From positions 88,452,533 to 88,516,532 of the forward strand of contig NC_092382.1 of NCBI RefSeq assembly GCF_030028105.1: DNA of 64,000 bases. The letters are read 5' to 3'. Position numbers and translations under genes: made by a program. The notes below the pieces were generated by a model, which saw nothing but the letters and a program-made list of their open reading frames with translations, made no database searches and was not told where the DNA came from. Below are positions 11,645 to 23,971 of the stretch, piece by piece (positions within the stretch are counted from its first letter, which is position 1; each line of letters starts with the position of its first letter). This DNA comes from Mobula birostris (Eukaryota).

Positions 11645-12000
11645 ATAGAATCATAGAAATTTGCAGCACATTACAGGCTGTTCAGCCCACAATGTTGTGC
11701 CACACCATATAACCTGCTCTGGAAACCGCCTAGAATTACCCTCACAGATGGCCCTCTATTTTTCTAAGCTCCATGTACCTATCTAAGCTCTTAAAAGACT
11801 CAGTTGTATCCACCTCCACCACCGCCACTGGCCGTGCATTGCATACACCCACCACTGTTTATGTAAAAGCATTACCTTTGACAACTCTCTTGCAACTACT
11901 TCCAAACACCTTAACGCTATGCCCCCTTGTGTTAGCCATTTCAGTTGTGGGGAAAAAGCCTCTGGCTATTCCACGACCAATATCTCTCATCATCACCTGT
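11645..12000 (-). mobile_element. CR1 3' end
   Basis: Minus-strand CR1 C-terminus with a ttctatgattctat tail; paralogue 47365-47730 (+). Confidence 0.75.
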
Positions 12001-12779
12001 ATGGATTTCCTGCATGATTTTCTCTAGCTTGAATATGACGATGAGCTCACTGTGGTTTTGACATTCCCCAGGGCTCAGGAATAAGGTGGTTAAATTCCTT
12101 CTTCCCTGCTCTTTTGAACGTTTTGTGTCATTTTCACTCATTTCAAAGGACTGTGCTTCAGACAGCTGGGTTGTTGCAATGTGCCTCTAAAGTCTGACAG
12201 CAGACCAGTGAGTGACTCTTCGATGGAGCAGAGTCAGAAACCAAAGAATTACCAGCCTGAGTCAGGGCTTTGGGGCTCCAGAGAGATATGGGGTCGAGAG
12301 TTTACGAGGAGGAGGAGGAAGAGGAATCAGGCCCGCAGGATGTTCCTACAAATGAAAGATCAGAAACATTTGGAAACTGATTGAAAAAAATGCAAAACAC
12401 TGGAGGAAATCAGCAGATCAGGCAGCAAATGTGGAGAGGAATATGTAGACAACCTTTAGGCCGAGCCCCTTCAGCATGCCTAGACTGTATACTCTGCTTA
12501 GTTACTGTCTGAACTGCAGAGCTCTTCCTGCGTTTTGTGTGTGTGCGTCTCTGTATTTCCAGCAACTGCAGCTGTGTTTTATATCTGCCTTTGTAAGAGG
12601 ATTGTACATACAGTTTGATATTGTGTGTATTGTTTATGGCAGCCGCTTTCTGCGCTAAAACAGCTGCTGAGGTTTCTATATACACAAAAAAAACTGAGGT
12701 ATGGACATGGAACCGGTGGTTGCAGAAACTATTAATGGCACCTTGTTTACGCAGATAGACCTGCGCTAAAAATTCCGCC

Positions 12780-12899
12780 GGCGCTGAAGCACCGCTCAAA
12801 TGCGCAGGCGTAAAGGTTGATTAGATTTGCAATATCACGCATGCGCGCAGTACACAATACCCTCAGGATCACGGCTGCAGGATCGGACGCAGGTAAGCG
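12780..12899 (+). promoter_or_regulatory. CpG-rich promoter and non-coding exon 1 of ZNF B
   Basis: NRF1-like tgcgcaggcg (12801) and cgcatgcgc (12838); donor cag|gtaagc at 12893; candidate next acceptor ctctctcag at 13009. Confidence 0.6.
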
Positions 12900-13189
12900 A
12901 GTATCTCGGGGTGATAATTTTCAACACCGACTGAGGGACAATTGTTGTGACCTGCGGGCGCCGTGGCCCACAATCCCGGGACAGTCCTGCTCTCTTCCCT
13001 CTCTCTCAGCCCCAGCATCCGTACACGGGCCCCGGGGAGCTTCCGGCTGATGAGGGATTGGGAACCGATGGATCTCTCAGACAGAGCTGAGCTCCAGCTG
13101 TCTAAATGCAAGGATTGGAAACTCGGAGAAAGGGAACAAAATCTTTTACATCAGCAGTTGAGAAAATCACCTTTGTTCTAATTCCAATG

Positions 13190-13320
13190 ACAAACAAGAG
13201 AAAATCTGCAGAAATCCAAGCAACACGCAGAAATTGCTGGAGGAACTCAGCATTAGTATATTTTTCATAGATGCTGCCTGGCCTGCTGAGTTCCTCCAGC
13301 ATTTTGTGTGTGTTGCTTGT
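13190..13320. mobile_element. Penelope-like termini in inverted (fold-back) arrangement
   Basis: caagcaacacgcagaaattgctggaggaactcagca ... tgctgagttcctccagcattttgtgtgtgttgcttg. The paralogue 45401-45539 has a 13-bp direct repeat ggaggtagaacaa. Confidence 0.7.
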
Positions 13321-13489
13321 TCTACCTCCTCTTGTTCTGGACCTTTCTACCCGCGAGGACATGTTTTGACCCATTCTCTCTGGGTACATAATGATATCAA
13401 ACACCTTTGCCCTGGGCAACAAGAAGCTTTCACATCACAAATCTGCCAGACTCCAATGAGACAGACGACTGCCCTTCCCTTCTTATTCA

Positions 13490-13950
13490 TTGGCATTGCC
13501 ATCAATGAGTTCACCACCGTCAGTCACCTGGGGGAGGGTTCAGGGGAAATATTTATGTACAATACAGAAACTGGTGTTACCTGTGTGTATTGTGACAATG
13601 CAAAAGTTGCTGGAGAATTTACAAGTGGGAGGAAGTGGAGTGATATTTGGAAATCTGACTTTTTAAAGCATCATTTAGCAAGAAAATCACATATAGGCGG
13701 TGTGCAAAAGCTCTGGTAGAAAATCCTTCATTACCTGCTATAGGCCTGCTACATAGGTTGTGTGAGAGTGCAGATGAACGTGATCGAACCCAGAGGAGAT
13801 CAAAGTTCTTATCTCCAGTGATTTGCTCGCTGTTGAAATGAATACCTCTCCATATAAAATTCAGTTTACACATGTTGTTGTCACTGGGCAAGAATTGTGC
13901 AGCACAAGATTTTTGCACACACTGGTCATTACAAATTAGAGGGGACATTG
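13490..13950 (+). mobile_element. hAT transposon relic, ZNF862/TTF-type zinc-finger N-terminus plus terminus
   Basis: CVYCDNAKVAGEFTSGRKWSDIWKSDFLKHHLARKSH; end ttagaggggacattg; inverted paralogue 44811-45270. Confidence 0.65.
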
Positions 13951-16900
13951 GTGGGAAGGAGGGGAGACCTCCAGTGTCCCTGATACCCTCACATACCTGA
14001 CTCCCTGTGAATCTGCACATTAGGGAGTTGGAGCTGGAAATGGATGAATTCCGGATCATTCGGGAGTCAGAGGGGTTGATAGATATGACATGAAGAGAGG
14101 TGAGTTACACCCAAGATGCAGGGCACAGGAAACTGGGTGATGGTCAGGAAGGGGAATGAGGTTAAATAGCCATTGCTGAGTACTCTTGTGGCCAACCCCC
14201 ACAACAACAGTTAGACCACGTTAGAAACTGTTGGCAGGGAATTAGCTGGCACAGGATAGTCAAAGGGCTGATAGGGGATTCGTCAGTTAGGGGAACAGAA
14301 CTAGAAGGGGGACTAATAACCTAGTGGTCATGCTTGCTAGTGCTAGTGGATGTTAAACTAAAGTTGCAGGGCGGATGGGAGCCAGAATGCCAGAACAGAT
14401 AGTGGAGTCATTGAATTGAATTAACTTTATTACTTACATCCTTCATATACATGTGGAGTAGAAATCTTTATGTTCCGTCTCATCTCAATGTGCAATTTAT
14501 AGTAATTTATAGTAAATAGTATTTAAAACAGGACAGTCAGTATAATATAGAAATACAATTGTATCAGCATGAATATATCAGTCTGATGACCTGGTGGAAG
14601 GAGCTGCCCCAGAGCCTGTTGATCCTGGCTTTCATGCTGTGGTCCCGTTTCCCAGATGGTAGAAGCTGGAACAGTTTGTGGCTGGGGTGACTCGGGTCTT
14701 CAGTGATCCTTCAGGCCCTTTTTACACACCTGTCATTCTAAATGTCCTGAATAGTGGAAAATTCACATCTACAGATGCGCTCGGCTGTCCGCACCACTCT
14801 CTGCAGAGTCCTGCGATTGTGGGAAGTACAGTTCCCATACCAGGCAGTGATGCAGCCAGTCAGGATGCTCTCAATTGTGTCCCTGTTGAAAGTTCTTAGG
14901 ATTTGGGGGCACATTCCACACTTCTTCAACCATCTGAGGTGAAAGAGGTACTGTTGTGCTTTTTTCACCACAGAGAGAGTATGTACAGACCACGTGAGAT
15001 CCTTGGTGATGTGGATGCTGAGGAACTCAAAGCTGTTTACCCTCTCATCCCCAGATGCATCAATGTCAATGAGGGTTAGCCTGTCTCCATTCCTTTTGTA
15101 ATCTGCAACCAGCTCCTTTTACTCTGTGACATTGAGGAAGTGGTTGTTTGCTTGACACCAGTCAGGTGTTGTTCAGACTTCAGACAAAGTCAGCAATCAA
15201 AAGGTTGAACATGGTGCGGTGAATGTGCTGAGCTGTGTAAATCAAATGCAAGAAGCATCATAGGAAAGCCAGATGAGCTCAGTGCATTGAATGGTGATAT
15301 TGGTACCATTACTGGGAGTTAGTTGCACCCAACAGTCTGAGGGATTGAGAGGAACACATTTACAGAGAGATCACAGACTATGCCAAGAAACAAAGTTTGT
15401 TAACTTTCCATATATTGACTGGGAGACTCCCATACTGTAAAAGGACTAGATGGGGTAGAGTTTGTCAAATGTGCCCTCAGTTAATGGAATTCCTGACATG
15501 GACGTGTGCAATAAGCTGTTAGGAAATGATCCAGGGCTAGTGACAGAAATTAGTGTATGGGAACACTTTGCATCTGGTGATCACAAAGCCTGAGATTCCA
15601 TATAGATATGGGAAAAGAAAGATCTGGACCATGGTTTGAGATTCTAAATTGGAGAAAGGTCAATGTTGATGGTATCAGGAAGGATCTAACAACAGTGGAT
15701 TGGGACAGGCTGTTTTCTGGCAAAGGAGTACTTGGTAAGTGGGAGGCCTTCAGAAGTTAATTTTTGAGGGTGTAGAGTTTGTATGTGCCTGTCAAAATAG
15801 AAGTTGAAAAGTAACTGGTGCAGGGAACCTTGCTTTTCCAGAGATATTGAGGCCCCGGATATCTTGTTCCTCTAAGTGCCTCACGCTGCTGGGTGCAACC
15901 AAGACTCATTAATGACTACAATATCATAATTCCACGCCTGAGCTCATCCGTTTTCTTTTTTTTTTTGTTGTCTTCTGTTGGTTTCTAAAAGCTTTCCAAT
16001 AGTTTTTATGCTATAATTTGCCTTCTCTTTGGCTTTTATGTTGGCTATGGTTTCTCATTTCAGCCACGGTTGTGTCCTCCTGCCTTTCCGATGCTTCCAC
16101 TTTGGGATGTATCGATCACTCAGCTCCCGAATTGCTCCCAGAAACTCCAGCCATTGCTGCTCCTTTGTCATTCCCAACAGTTTTCCCTACCAATGAAATT
16201 TGGCCAGCTTTTCTACAATAGAAACAGGAAGAAGTTTGGTACAGAAACATGTCATTAGGCCCATCTAGTAAATGCTGAAAAACCTTTTAAGCTGACAAAT
16301 GCAAAGACCTGCACCAGGACCAAAGCCCTCTATACCCCTACCATCCAGGTACCTATCCAAACTTCTCTTTAATGGTGAAATCGAGCTGGCATGAACCACT
16401 TGTGCTGGCATCTCATTCCACACTCTCTCAACCATTTCAGTGAAGAGGTTTTCCACAGGTTCCCATTAAATTTTCGTTAAATGTGGGAGGCACTTACCCA
16501 TGACCTTTGCTTATAGTCCCACCCAACCTCATTGGAAAAAGCTGCTTGCATTTACCCTATCTATACCCTCATAATTGTGTATACTTCGAACAAATCTTCA
16601 AAGCAATGTATGATTTCCTTGTTTATGTTTAGAGCCTATTTTAGGTGTATAAGATGAGGGGCATTGATCATGTGGATAGCCAGAGGTTTTTTCCCAGAGC
16701 TGAAATGGCTAACACGAGGGGACACAGGTGCTTGAAAATAGGTACCAAGGGGAAGTCAGGGGTAAGTTTTTGACAGAATACCTTGTGTGTGGATCGCACT
16801 GCCAGCAGTGGTGGTGGAAGCGGATATAATAGGGTCTTTTAAGAGCCTCTTAGATAGGTACATGGAGCTTAGGAAATTAGAGGGCTATGTTCGAGGGGAA

Positions 16901-19800
16901 ATTCTAGGCAGTTTCTGGAGGAGGTATCATGATTGGCACAACACTGGGCCGAAGGGCCTGTAATGTGCTGTAGGTTTCTATGTTCTCCGTTAAACAGCAG
17001 AACAACATCGACTGTTCTTTTCAATCCTCTGGTACCTCCCCCTGTCGCTAAGGATGACTTATTTATCTCCGCTAGGGACCCAACAACTTCTGCACTTACC
17101 TCCCGTAGCGTCTGAGGGAGCACCCTGTCATGTCCTGGAGATTTATCTACCCTAATCTGTCTCAGGATAGCAAACATCTCCTCTTCTTTAATCTGCACAG
17201 GGTCCACGATTTTAATGCCGCTTTCTAACACTTCCATGGACCCTGTCCATCTCCTGAGTAAATAGAGATGAAAAAAAAATTAAGATCTTCCCGATCTGCT
17301 TTGTTTCCACACATGAATTGCAATTCTGGTCTTCTAGAGGACCAACTTTGCCCCTTGCAATCCTTTTGCTCTTAATCTGTCCATTAGGATAATGCTTCAT
17401 CTTCTCTGCGAGGGCAACCTCATGCCTTCTTTTAACCATCTTGATTTATTTCTCATGTGTTCTCTTGCATTTCTTACACTCCATAAGAAGCTACCTGCCT
17501 ATCCCTGTTCTGCAACTCCATTTTGTGCTTCACCAGGGTCTCAATATCTCTTGAAATCCAAGGTTCCCTACAATTTGTATCTTTACCTTTTATTCTGACA
17601 AACACATACCCGCTTTGTACTCTCAAAATTTTGCTTTAAAGGTCTCAATTTACCAAGCACACCTTTGCCATAAAGGAGCCTGTCCCAGTCCACAGTTGCC
17701 AGATCCTAGTGTCATAATTCGAGGTGTTGATCCATGCCCTGAACACATCCGCCTTTCCTGCGCTGCTCCCTGTATTGAAATATACAGGGCTCAGCATATT
17801 CACTGCACCATGCTCAACTTTTTCATTCCTGACTTTGTCTGAGGGCTGAACAACGTCTGTCTCCACAACCCCTCCACTATCTGTTCTGTTATCCAGGCTC
17901 CCATTCCCCCTGCAACTTCAGTTTAACCCCCTTACCCCCACCTCCCACCATGCAGCTCTATCACCCCTTTGGCCGTCATCTCCCAGATCAATAAAAAGGA
18001 GGTGCATACCAGGTACAGGCAGATAGGAACAAATGGGGTACTTCTGAAGTACAGGAAATTCAAGTGAACACTTATGAAAGAAATAAAAGAAGCCATGAGG
18101 TTGCCCCAGCTGACAAGGTGAAGGAGAATCCTCAGGGATTCTGCAGATATGTTAACAGCAAAAAGATTGCAAGGGAAAAATTAATCCTCTGGAAGATCAG
18201 AATGGTAATCCATACGAGGACACAAAATATATGGGGGAGATTTTACTGTATTTACTCCAGAGAGGGACACAGTCATTAGAAGTGAGGCAAAGCAGGACCC
18301 TTTGTGGACCCTGTACAGATTACAGAGGTGGAGGTGTTTGCTGTCTGAAGGCAAATTAGCATGGATTCTCAGGGCCTGAGAATTTGTTCCCTGGGACCTA
18401 CTGGAAGACAAGTGCAGAAATTGTCGGGGCCCATTCACAGATATTTAAATCATCCTTAGTGACAGGAGAGGTACTGGCGGATTGGAGGGCAACCAATTTT
18501 GTTCCGCTGTTCAAGAAATGCTCTAAAAATAAACTAGGAAGTTACACACTGGTGAGCCTGACATCAGTAGTGGGAAAGTTATTGGAACATATGTGCAGGA
18601 ACCGGATATATAAGTATTTGGATAGATGTGGACTGATTAAGGATAGGCAGCATAGCTTTGTGCACAGTAGGTCATGTCCAGCCAACCTTATCGAGTCTCT
18701 CAAGGAAGTTGTCAGGAAAGTGGATGAAAGTAATGTGGTGGATGTTGTCTACATGGACTTTAGCAAAGCACTTGACAAAGTCTCATATGGGAGGTTGGTC
18801 AAGAAGGTTCAGTCACTCAGCATTCAAGATGAGATAGTAAATTGGATGAGACACTGTCTTTGGGAGAAGCCAGACTGTGGTAGCAGATGGTTGCCTCTCT
18901 GACTGGAACCCTGTGACTAGTGGTGTGTCACAGGGATCAGTGCTGGATCTGTTGTTGTTTGTCATCTATATCAGTAATCTGGATGATAGTGTGGTTAACT
19001 GGATCAGCAAATTTGTGGCTGACACCAAGATTGGTGGTGTCGTGGACAGTGAGGAAGACTATCATGGCTTGCAGTGCGATCTGGACCAGCTGGAAAGATG
19101 GTTTGAGAAATGGAGAATGGAATTTAATGCAGACAATTGCGAGGTGTTGCACTTTGGTACGACCTTGATCTTACACAGTGACTGGTCGGGCAGTGAGGAG
19201 TGCTGTAGAAGGAAGGGATCTGGGAATACAGGTCGATAATTCACTGAAAGTGGTGTCACAGTTAGATAGGGACGGAAAGAAAGATTTTGGCACGTTGGAG
19301 TATTGTTGCAGTTTTGGTCACCAACCTGCAGGAAAGATGCAAAAGGGGTTGAAAAAATTCAGAAAAAATTAAAAAGGATGTTGCCAGGTCTGGAGGACTT
19401 GGGTTATAAGGAAAGATTGAACATGTCAGGGCTTTATTCCTTGGAATGTAGAAGATTAAGGGGAGATTCGATGGAGGTATACAACAGTTATGAGGGGTAT
19501 AGATAGGGTAAATGCAAGCTGGCTTTTACCACTGAGATTGGGTGGGACTACAACCAGAGGCCATGGGTTAAGGGTGAAAGGTGAAACGTTAGGGGGAACA
19601 AGAGGGGAAACTTCTTCACACAGACGGTCATCCGGGTGTGGAATGAGCAGCCAGCACACCCGGTGCCTGCAAGCTCAATTTCAACATTTCAGAGCTTCGT
19701 ATCGGTACCTGGATGGTAGGGGTATGGGAGTAGAAAGTTTGAATAGCTCGACACCAGCTAGATGGGCCAGACATGTTTCTGTGTTGTTCTTTTCTATGAC
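13951..19800. mobile_element. CR1 fragment mosaic in the intron of ZNF B (ORF1 + 13951-14410; RT + 17970-19800; several minus pieces)
   Basis: Paralogous to 323-5466; RT motifs in ORFs 18384-18902 and 18877-19239. Confidence 0.85.
14410..15160 (-). mobile_element. Rex1/Babar LINE 3' fragment
   Basis: ORF 14738-14971 KKAQQYLFHLR..TIESILTGCITAWYG..LQRVVRTAERI; (attca)n tail. Confidence 0.8.
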
Positions 19801-19835
19801 TGTGAGAAGAATCTTAAATAATACTGATATTCACT

Positions 19836-19941
19836 CTCAAAGTTGCTGGTGAACACAGCAGGCCAGGCAGCATCTCTAGGAAGAGGTACAGTCGACGTTT
19901 CAGGCCGAGACCCTTCGTCAGGAGAATTCCTCGTGTTTGTG
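19836..19941 (-). mobile_element. 106-bp Penelope-derived insertion with 12-bp TSD, specific to copy B
   Basis: TSD ctgatattcact at 19824-19835 and 19942-19953; empty sites in A (about 5495), C (about 30710) and E (about 60115). Confidence 0.85.
19889..19923 (-). ncRNA. Minimal type I hammerhead ribozyme motif
   Basis: Minus strand: tc-CTGACGA-agggtctcggcct-GAAA-cGTC^gactg. Confidence 0.7.
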
Positions 19942-20818
19942 CTGATATTCACTGTAATTCCATTTAACAGCCGTGCAGACCAACCATACATCTCAGTAGG
20001 AGATATTTACATGACGTTAAAACTGTGGCACTTTAAATTAACAGTACATAAAAGAAAATCCCAGCTGCATGTCAACAAAGGCTATTTGTGTGAGAGTGTT
20101 TCAGTTACTGGGCCCAGGCACCCATGCAGCTCAGTGGGAAGAGGGAATAATACCAATGGAGAGAGTCAAACTGAGCCAGGTCACAGATTGGAGACAGCAG
20201 AAATGCCCCATTCTTATAGAGACAGAAAAAGCATCAGAGAGTTTGTTGGTCATCCCAGATACCAGCACTGTGCCCAGTTAGAAGATGATTTCTCTCTCCA
20301 ACTTTGGTTGAACTTCACTGTAACAGAGTGATGTCAGATCACAGCTTGGCAAATCAAGTGATCTCATCTGAAATGTTGTCATTCACCCATTGATGGATTT
20401 TGTAAATCTTTTTACAGGTTAAAAATGACAAGGAATTTGTCTCTGGGAATCTCAAACACAACACGCCAGTTTTGCTGTCTCTGTGCAGATATTTAAGAAG
20501 TGGAGCAAGGGATTCACTCGATCATCCTTCCTGCTCAGACCGTGGGGAGGGATTCACTCGATCATCTGACCGACTGGCACACCTGTCATTTTACACAGGA
20601 GAGATCCCATTCGTCTGCTCAGACAGTGGGTTGGATTGACTCGATCATTTGAACTGAAGGTACATCAGCAAGTTCACACTGGGCAAGGCTGTTCATCTGT
20701 GTGTGAGAAGTGATTCAGTCGGTCTTCCCACCTGTGGACACACCAGTCGGTTCACACTGGGCAGAGGCTGGTCATCTGCTGAATTTGTGGGGAAGGATTC
20801 ACTCGGTCATCTGACATA

Positions 20819-21526
20819 ATGGCTCACCAGCGAGTTCACACTGGGGAGAGGCCGTTCACCTGCTCATTGTGTGGGAAGCGATTCACTCGGTCAGCTAAAC
20901 TGAAGGTACATCAGCGAGTTCACACCGGGGAGCGGCCGTTCACGTGCTTATTGTGTGGGAAGGGATTCACTCAGTCATCCACCCTAATGCTGCACCAGCG
21001 AATTCACACTGGAGAGAGGCCATTCACCTGCTTAGACTGCGGGAAGGGATTCACTCAGTCATCCACCCTACTGGCACACCAGTCAGTTCACACTGGGGAG
21101 AGGCCATTCACCTGCTCAGTGTGTGGGAAGGGATTTACTCAGTCATCCACCCTAATGGTGCACCAGCGAGTTCACACTGGGGAGAGGCCATTCACCTGCT
21201 CAAACTGTGCGGAGACATTCACTCGGTCATCCAACCTACAGAGACACCAGCGAGTTCACACTGGGGAGAAGCCATTCACGTGCCTAGACTGTGGGAAGGG
21301 ATTCACATCGTCATCTAAACTGAAGGTACATCAGCGAGTTCAGACTGGAGAGAGGCCGTTCACCTGCTCAGATTGTGGGAAGGGATTCACTCAATCATCC
21401 CACCTACAGAGTCACCAGCGAGTTCACACTGGGGAGAAGCCGTTCACCTGCTCAGACTGTGGAAAGGGATTCACTCGGTCATCCTCTCTCTTGGCACACC
21501 AGTCAGTTCACACTGGGGAGAAGTAA
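20819..21526 (+). CDS. C2H2 zinc-finger protein B, 8 fingers (6th lacks its last His); normal 3' UTR lost
   Basis: 235-aa finger ORF; degenerate fingers after the stop are cut by an ERV LTR at 21660. Confidence 0.75.
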   Translation: MAHQRVHTGERPFTCSLCGKRFTRSAKLKVHQRVHTGERPFTCLLCGKGFTQSSTLMLHQRIHTGERPFTCLDCGKGFTQSSTLLAHQSVHTGERPFTCSVCGKGFTQSSTLMVHQRVHTGERPFTCSNCAETFTRSSNLQRHQRVHTGEKPFTCLDCGKGFTSSSKLKVHQRVQTGERPFTCSDCGKGFTQSSHLQSHQRVHTGEKPFTCSDCGKGFTRSSSLLAHQSVHTGEK

Positions 21527-21659
21527 TTCATCTGTTGAGACTGGGAAGGGATTCGCTCGGTCATCTGACCGACAGAGACACCAGCGAGTTCACACTACAG
21601 ATAAGCCGTTCACCTGTCAGACTGTGGGAAAGGATTCCCTCACTCTTCCACCCAACAGA

Positions 21660-22142
21660 TGAGATGTTAAAGGATAAGTTGTCCTGTTAACTTGTTGGAA
21701 ATTAGATGCTCTCAGGTGATTACGTGGTCTTTGTCAAGTACTATTGAGATTTTAAAGGGTAATTTGTGCTGATGACATGCAAGAATTTTGATACTAATCA
21801 CACACATTGTACTTGGGTGGATGACCTTTGCTTCTGCTTTAGGTGCTGAAGTATCTTTGTCTCGTACTATTAGTGTTGCCAGGCACGTGACTGTGGGAGT
21901 AGCTAAAAATTGTATCTTGCATACGTGACCCATGTGGTGTAAAACCCTATAAAAAGGGAGGACTGTTCCCCTGTTCGAAGAGCATCGCTTGACAGGGCTC
22001 TGCAAGTACTGCGAAGTTTGTTAAGCGATCCTCCAAAAAGCTTGTACTTGCTTAAATAAAGAATCGTGGCTATCCACAGAAGTTGGCGTATTGCATTTGT
22101 ATCAACTGTGTAAGAATCTCAAGAAAACAAACCGACATGACA
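21660..22142 (+). mobile_element. ERV 5' LTR
   Basis: TG...CA termini, TATA tataaaaa at 21948, aataaa at 22055, followed by a PBS. Confidence 0.8.
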
Positions 22143-22144
22143 TG

Positions 22145-22162
22145 TGGCGACGAGGATGGGAT
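22145..22162 (+). promoter_or_regulatory. Primer-binding site, tRNA-Ser(GCU)
   Basis: tggcgacgaggatgggat is the reverse complement of the 3' 18 nt of vertebrate tRNA-Ser(GCU) including CCA. Confidence 0.85.
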
Positions 22163-22850
22163 TATAACATAAACGGAGCTCCTAGGTGGAATGAATAAGT
22201 GATCAGTTTTGTGATGGTGACGTGAGACGGATGGGCCCACAAGGTAAGATTTACCTTGATCTCTCTCATTAACCTATCACTCAGTCGACCCCTCGTCCCA
22301 TGGAGCTCTGTAGTGATGGAATCCCTGGGATACCTTATGCACTAGTACGCTGACGGATTCGTCTCAGGGAGGTTCGAGTCCCCCGGAGTTCGGAGGTTAG
22401 AGTCCTCAGAGCTGCAAGTTTTCGGAAAAGGAGGTGAGAGTCCTCTGATAGTGGGGTTCGAGTCCCTGAAGATAAGGTTAATTACAGTGTCCGTCTCAAC
22501 CACCCGGCCTCAGACTGGTTGTTAAGACGGGAAGTCCCCCATGCAAGGGTCAGGACCCTGAAGTGTGTGTGGAGAGCAAAGACACTGGGCTAGTACATAG
22601 AGATAAGTTAAGGAGTTGGCACTTTAAGATTGGGACAGACATTGGATAAGCCGGGTGTCGGAACCCCTTTGTATCGGTTATGTCAGGATAACCCCAAAGA
22701 TGAGGAACGGTTCAGATGGCTGTCGCCATGCTGAAATTAAAAAATTGAGAAATGAAATTTGCCCAATACAGGGAACTTAGGATGTAAATAAATGTATAAA
22801 AGCAGAAGAGGCAATTTGGAAATGTAATACAGAGTCTAAATGGAAAACTT
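22163..22850 (+). mobile_element. ERV leader and decayed gag N-terminus
   Basis: Donor aag|gtaag at about 22243; GQTLDKPGVGTP..LYRLCQ..PIQGT*DV resembles a class I matrix start. Confidence 0.5.
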
Positions 22851-23234
22851 TAATATCCACGTGGAGGAAGTAACAAATAAATCAATGCAGACCAGCTGGG
22901 AGAATAACACATGTCGGAGAGGGATAAATTCATGTGATCTAAGCCAGGGTTCCCCAATTAGTTTTCCACAAGGGCCAAATTATGTCAAACATGCCAAGCC
23001 AAGGGCCATAACGTCCAGGGTTTTTTTATTGCACCAGTAAGTTGTTTTATGAGCAGATGTTGCTGCTGCTATTAACATTAATCATTAATTGTTATTATTA
23101 TTAGTAGCAATAATATAGCCCTGGGATTCTGAAAGCCTGAGTTGTGGGTCACTCAAGAAAAAAATGCACTCTTGAAACAAAATAAGTCCAAAACCAACCA
23201 TTTAATTATGACTGTAGCTCTTGCAACTGTCAGC

Positions 23235-23590
23235 TGTCACATTGAGATGGTAGTGGACCCAAATGCAAGACACAGACACTGAAGTACTAGGAACAGGACA
23301 AGGATGCAGGACCTGGGCTGAGACCTGGACAAGAAACAGGGAAACCGGACAAGGAACTATGAACTCGTAGCCTGGGCTAGGGAGAGCGGGACCACGACTA
23401 GAAACTATGAACTAGGAGACAAGGCTTGGACTCCGAGCCAGAGACTGGACAAGGACACAGAACCTGGGTCTTGCCTCGGGCTCGGACCCCAGAACCAGGC
23501 AAGGACATGACATGGCTACCAGACAGGACGTGGCTGGGGTCTTTGCTCTTGAGGCTTGGGCCTGGGGTCTTGGCTCTTGAACTTTGAGAC
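23235..23590 (-). mobile_element. Probable LTR fragment nested in the hAT relic
   Basis: Starts tgtcac...ggacccaaatgcaagacac with short internal repeats, as in fish Gypsy LTR ends. Confidence 0.4.
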
Positions 23591-23971
23591 AGGCTGGGGT
23601 CTGGGGTCTGGGCTCTGGAGGCTGCGGGCCGGGGTCTGGGCTCTGGAGGCTGCGGGCCGGTGTCTGGGCTCCCGAGGCTGCAGGCCGGGGTCTTAGGTCT
23701 CGAGGCTGCAGACTGGGGTCTAGGCTTCCGAGGCTGCAGGCTGGGGTCTTGGGTCTCGAGGCTGCAGACTGGGGTCTTGGGTCCCGAGGCTGCCGGCCGG
23801 GCTCTAGGCTCTGGAGGCTGCAGGCCGGGGTCTGGGCTCTCAAGGCTGCAGGCCGGGGTCTGCGCTCTCGAGGCTGCAGGCCAGGGTCTGGGCTCTCGCG
23901 GCTGCAGGCCGGGGTTTTGGGTCCCGAGGCTGCAGGCTGGGGTCTAGGCTCTCGAGGCTGCAGGCCTGGGC
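23590..23971. repeat. GC-rich minisatellite, 28-bp unit, about 13 copies
   Basis: Unit approximately ggggtctgggctctcgaggctgcaggcc. Confidence 0.9.

Larger units (their letters stand above)
11270..21659 (+). repeat. Segmental duplication cassette copy B (promoter to truncated finger array)
   Basis: Colinear with A from about 13630 and with inverted D (48135 to 42470). Confidence 0.9.

Noticed and set aside
13530-13719. Domesticated transposase zinc-finger exon fused to the ZNFs
   Set aside because: Stop directly after the finger, substitutions at His/Cys in D, and no clear splice sites.
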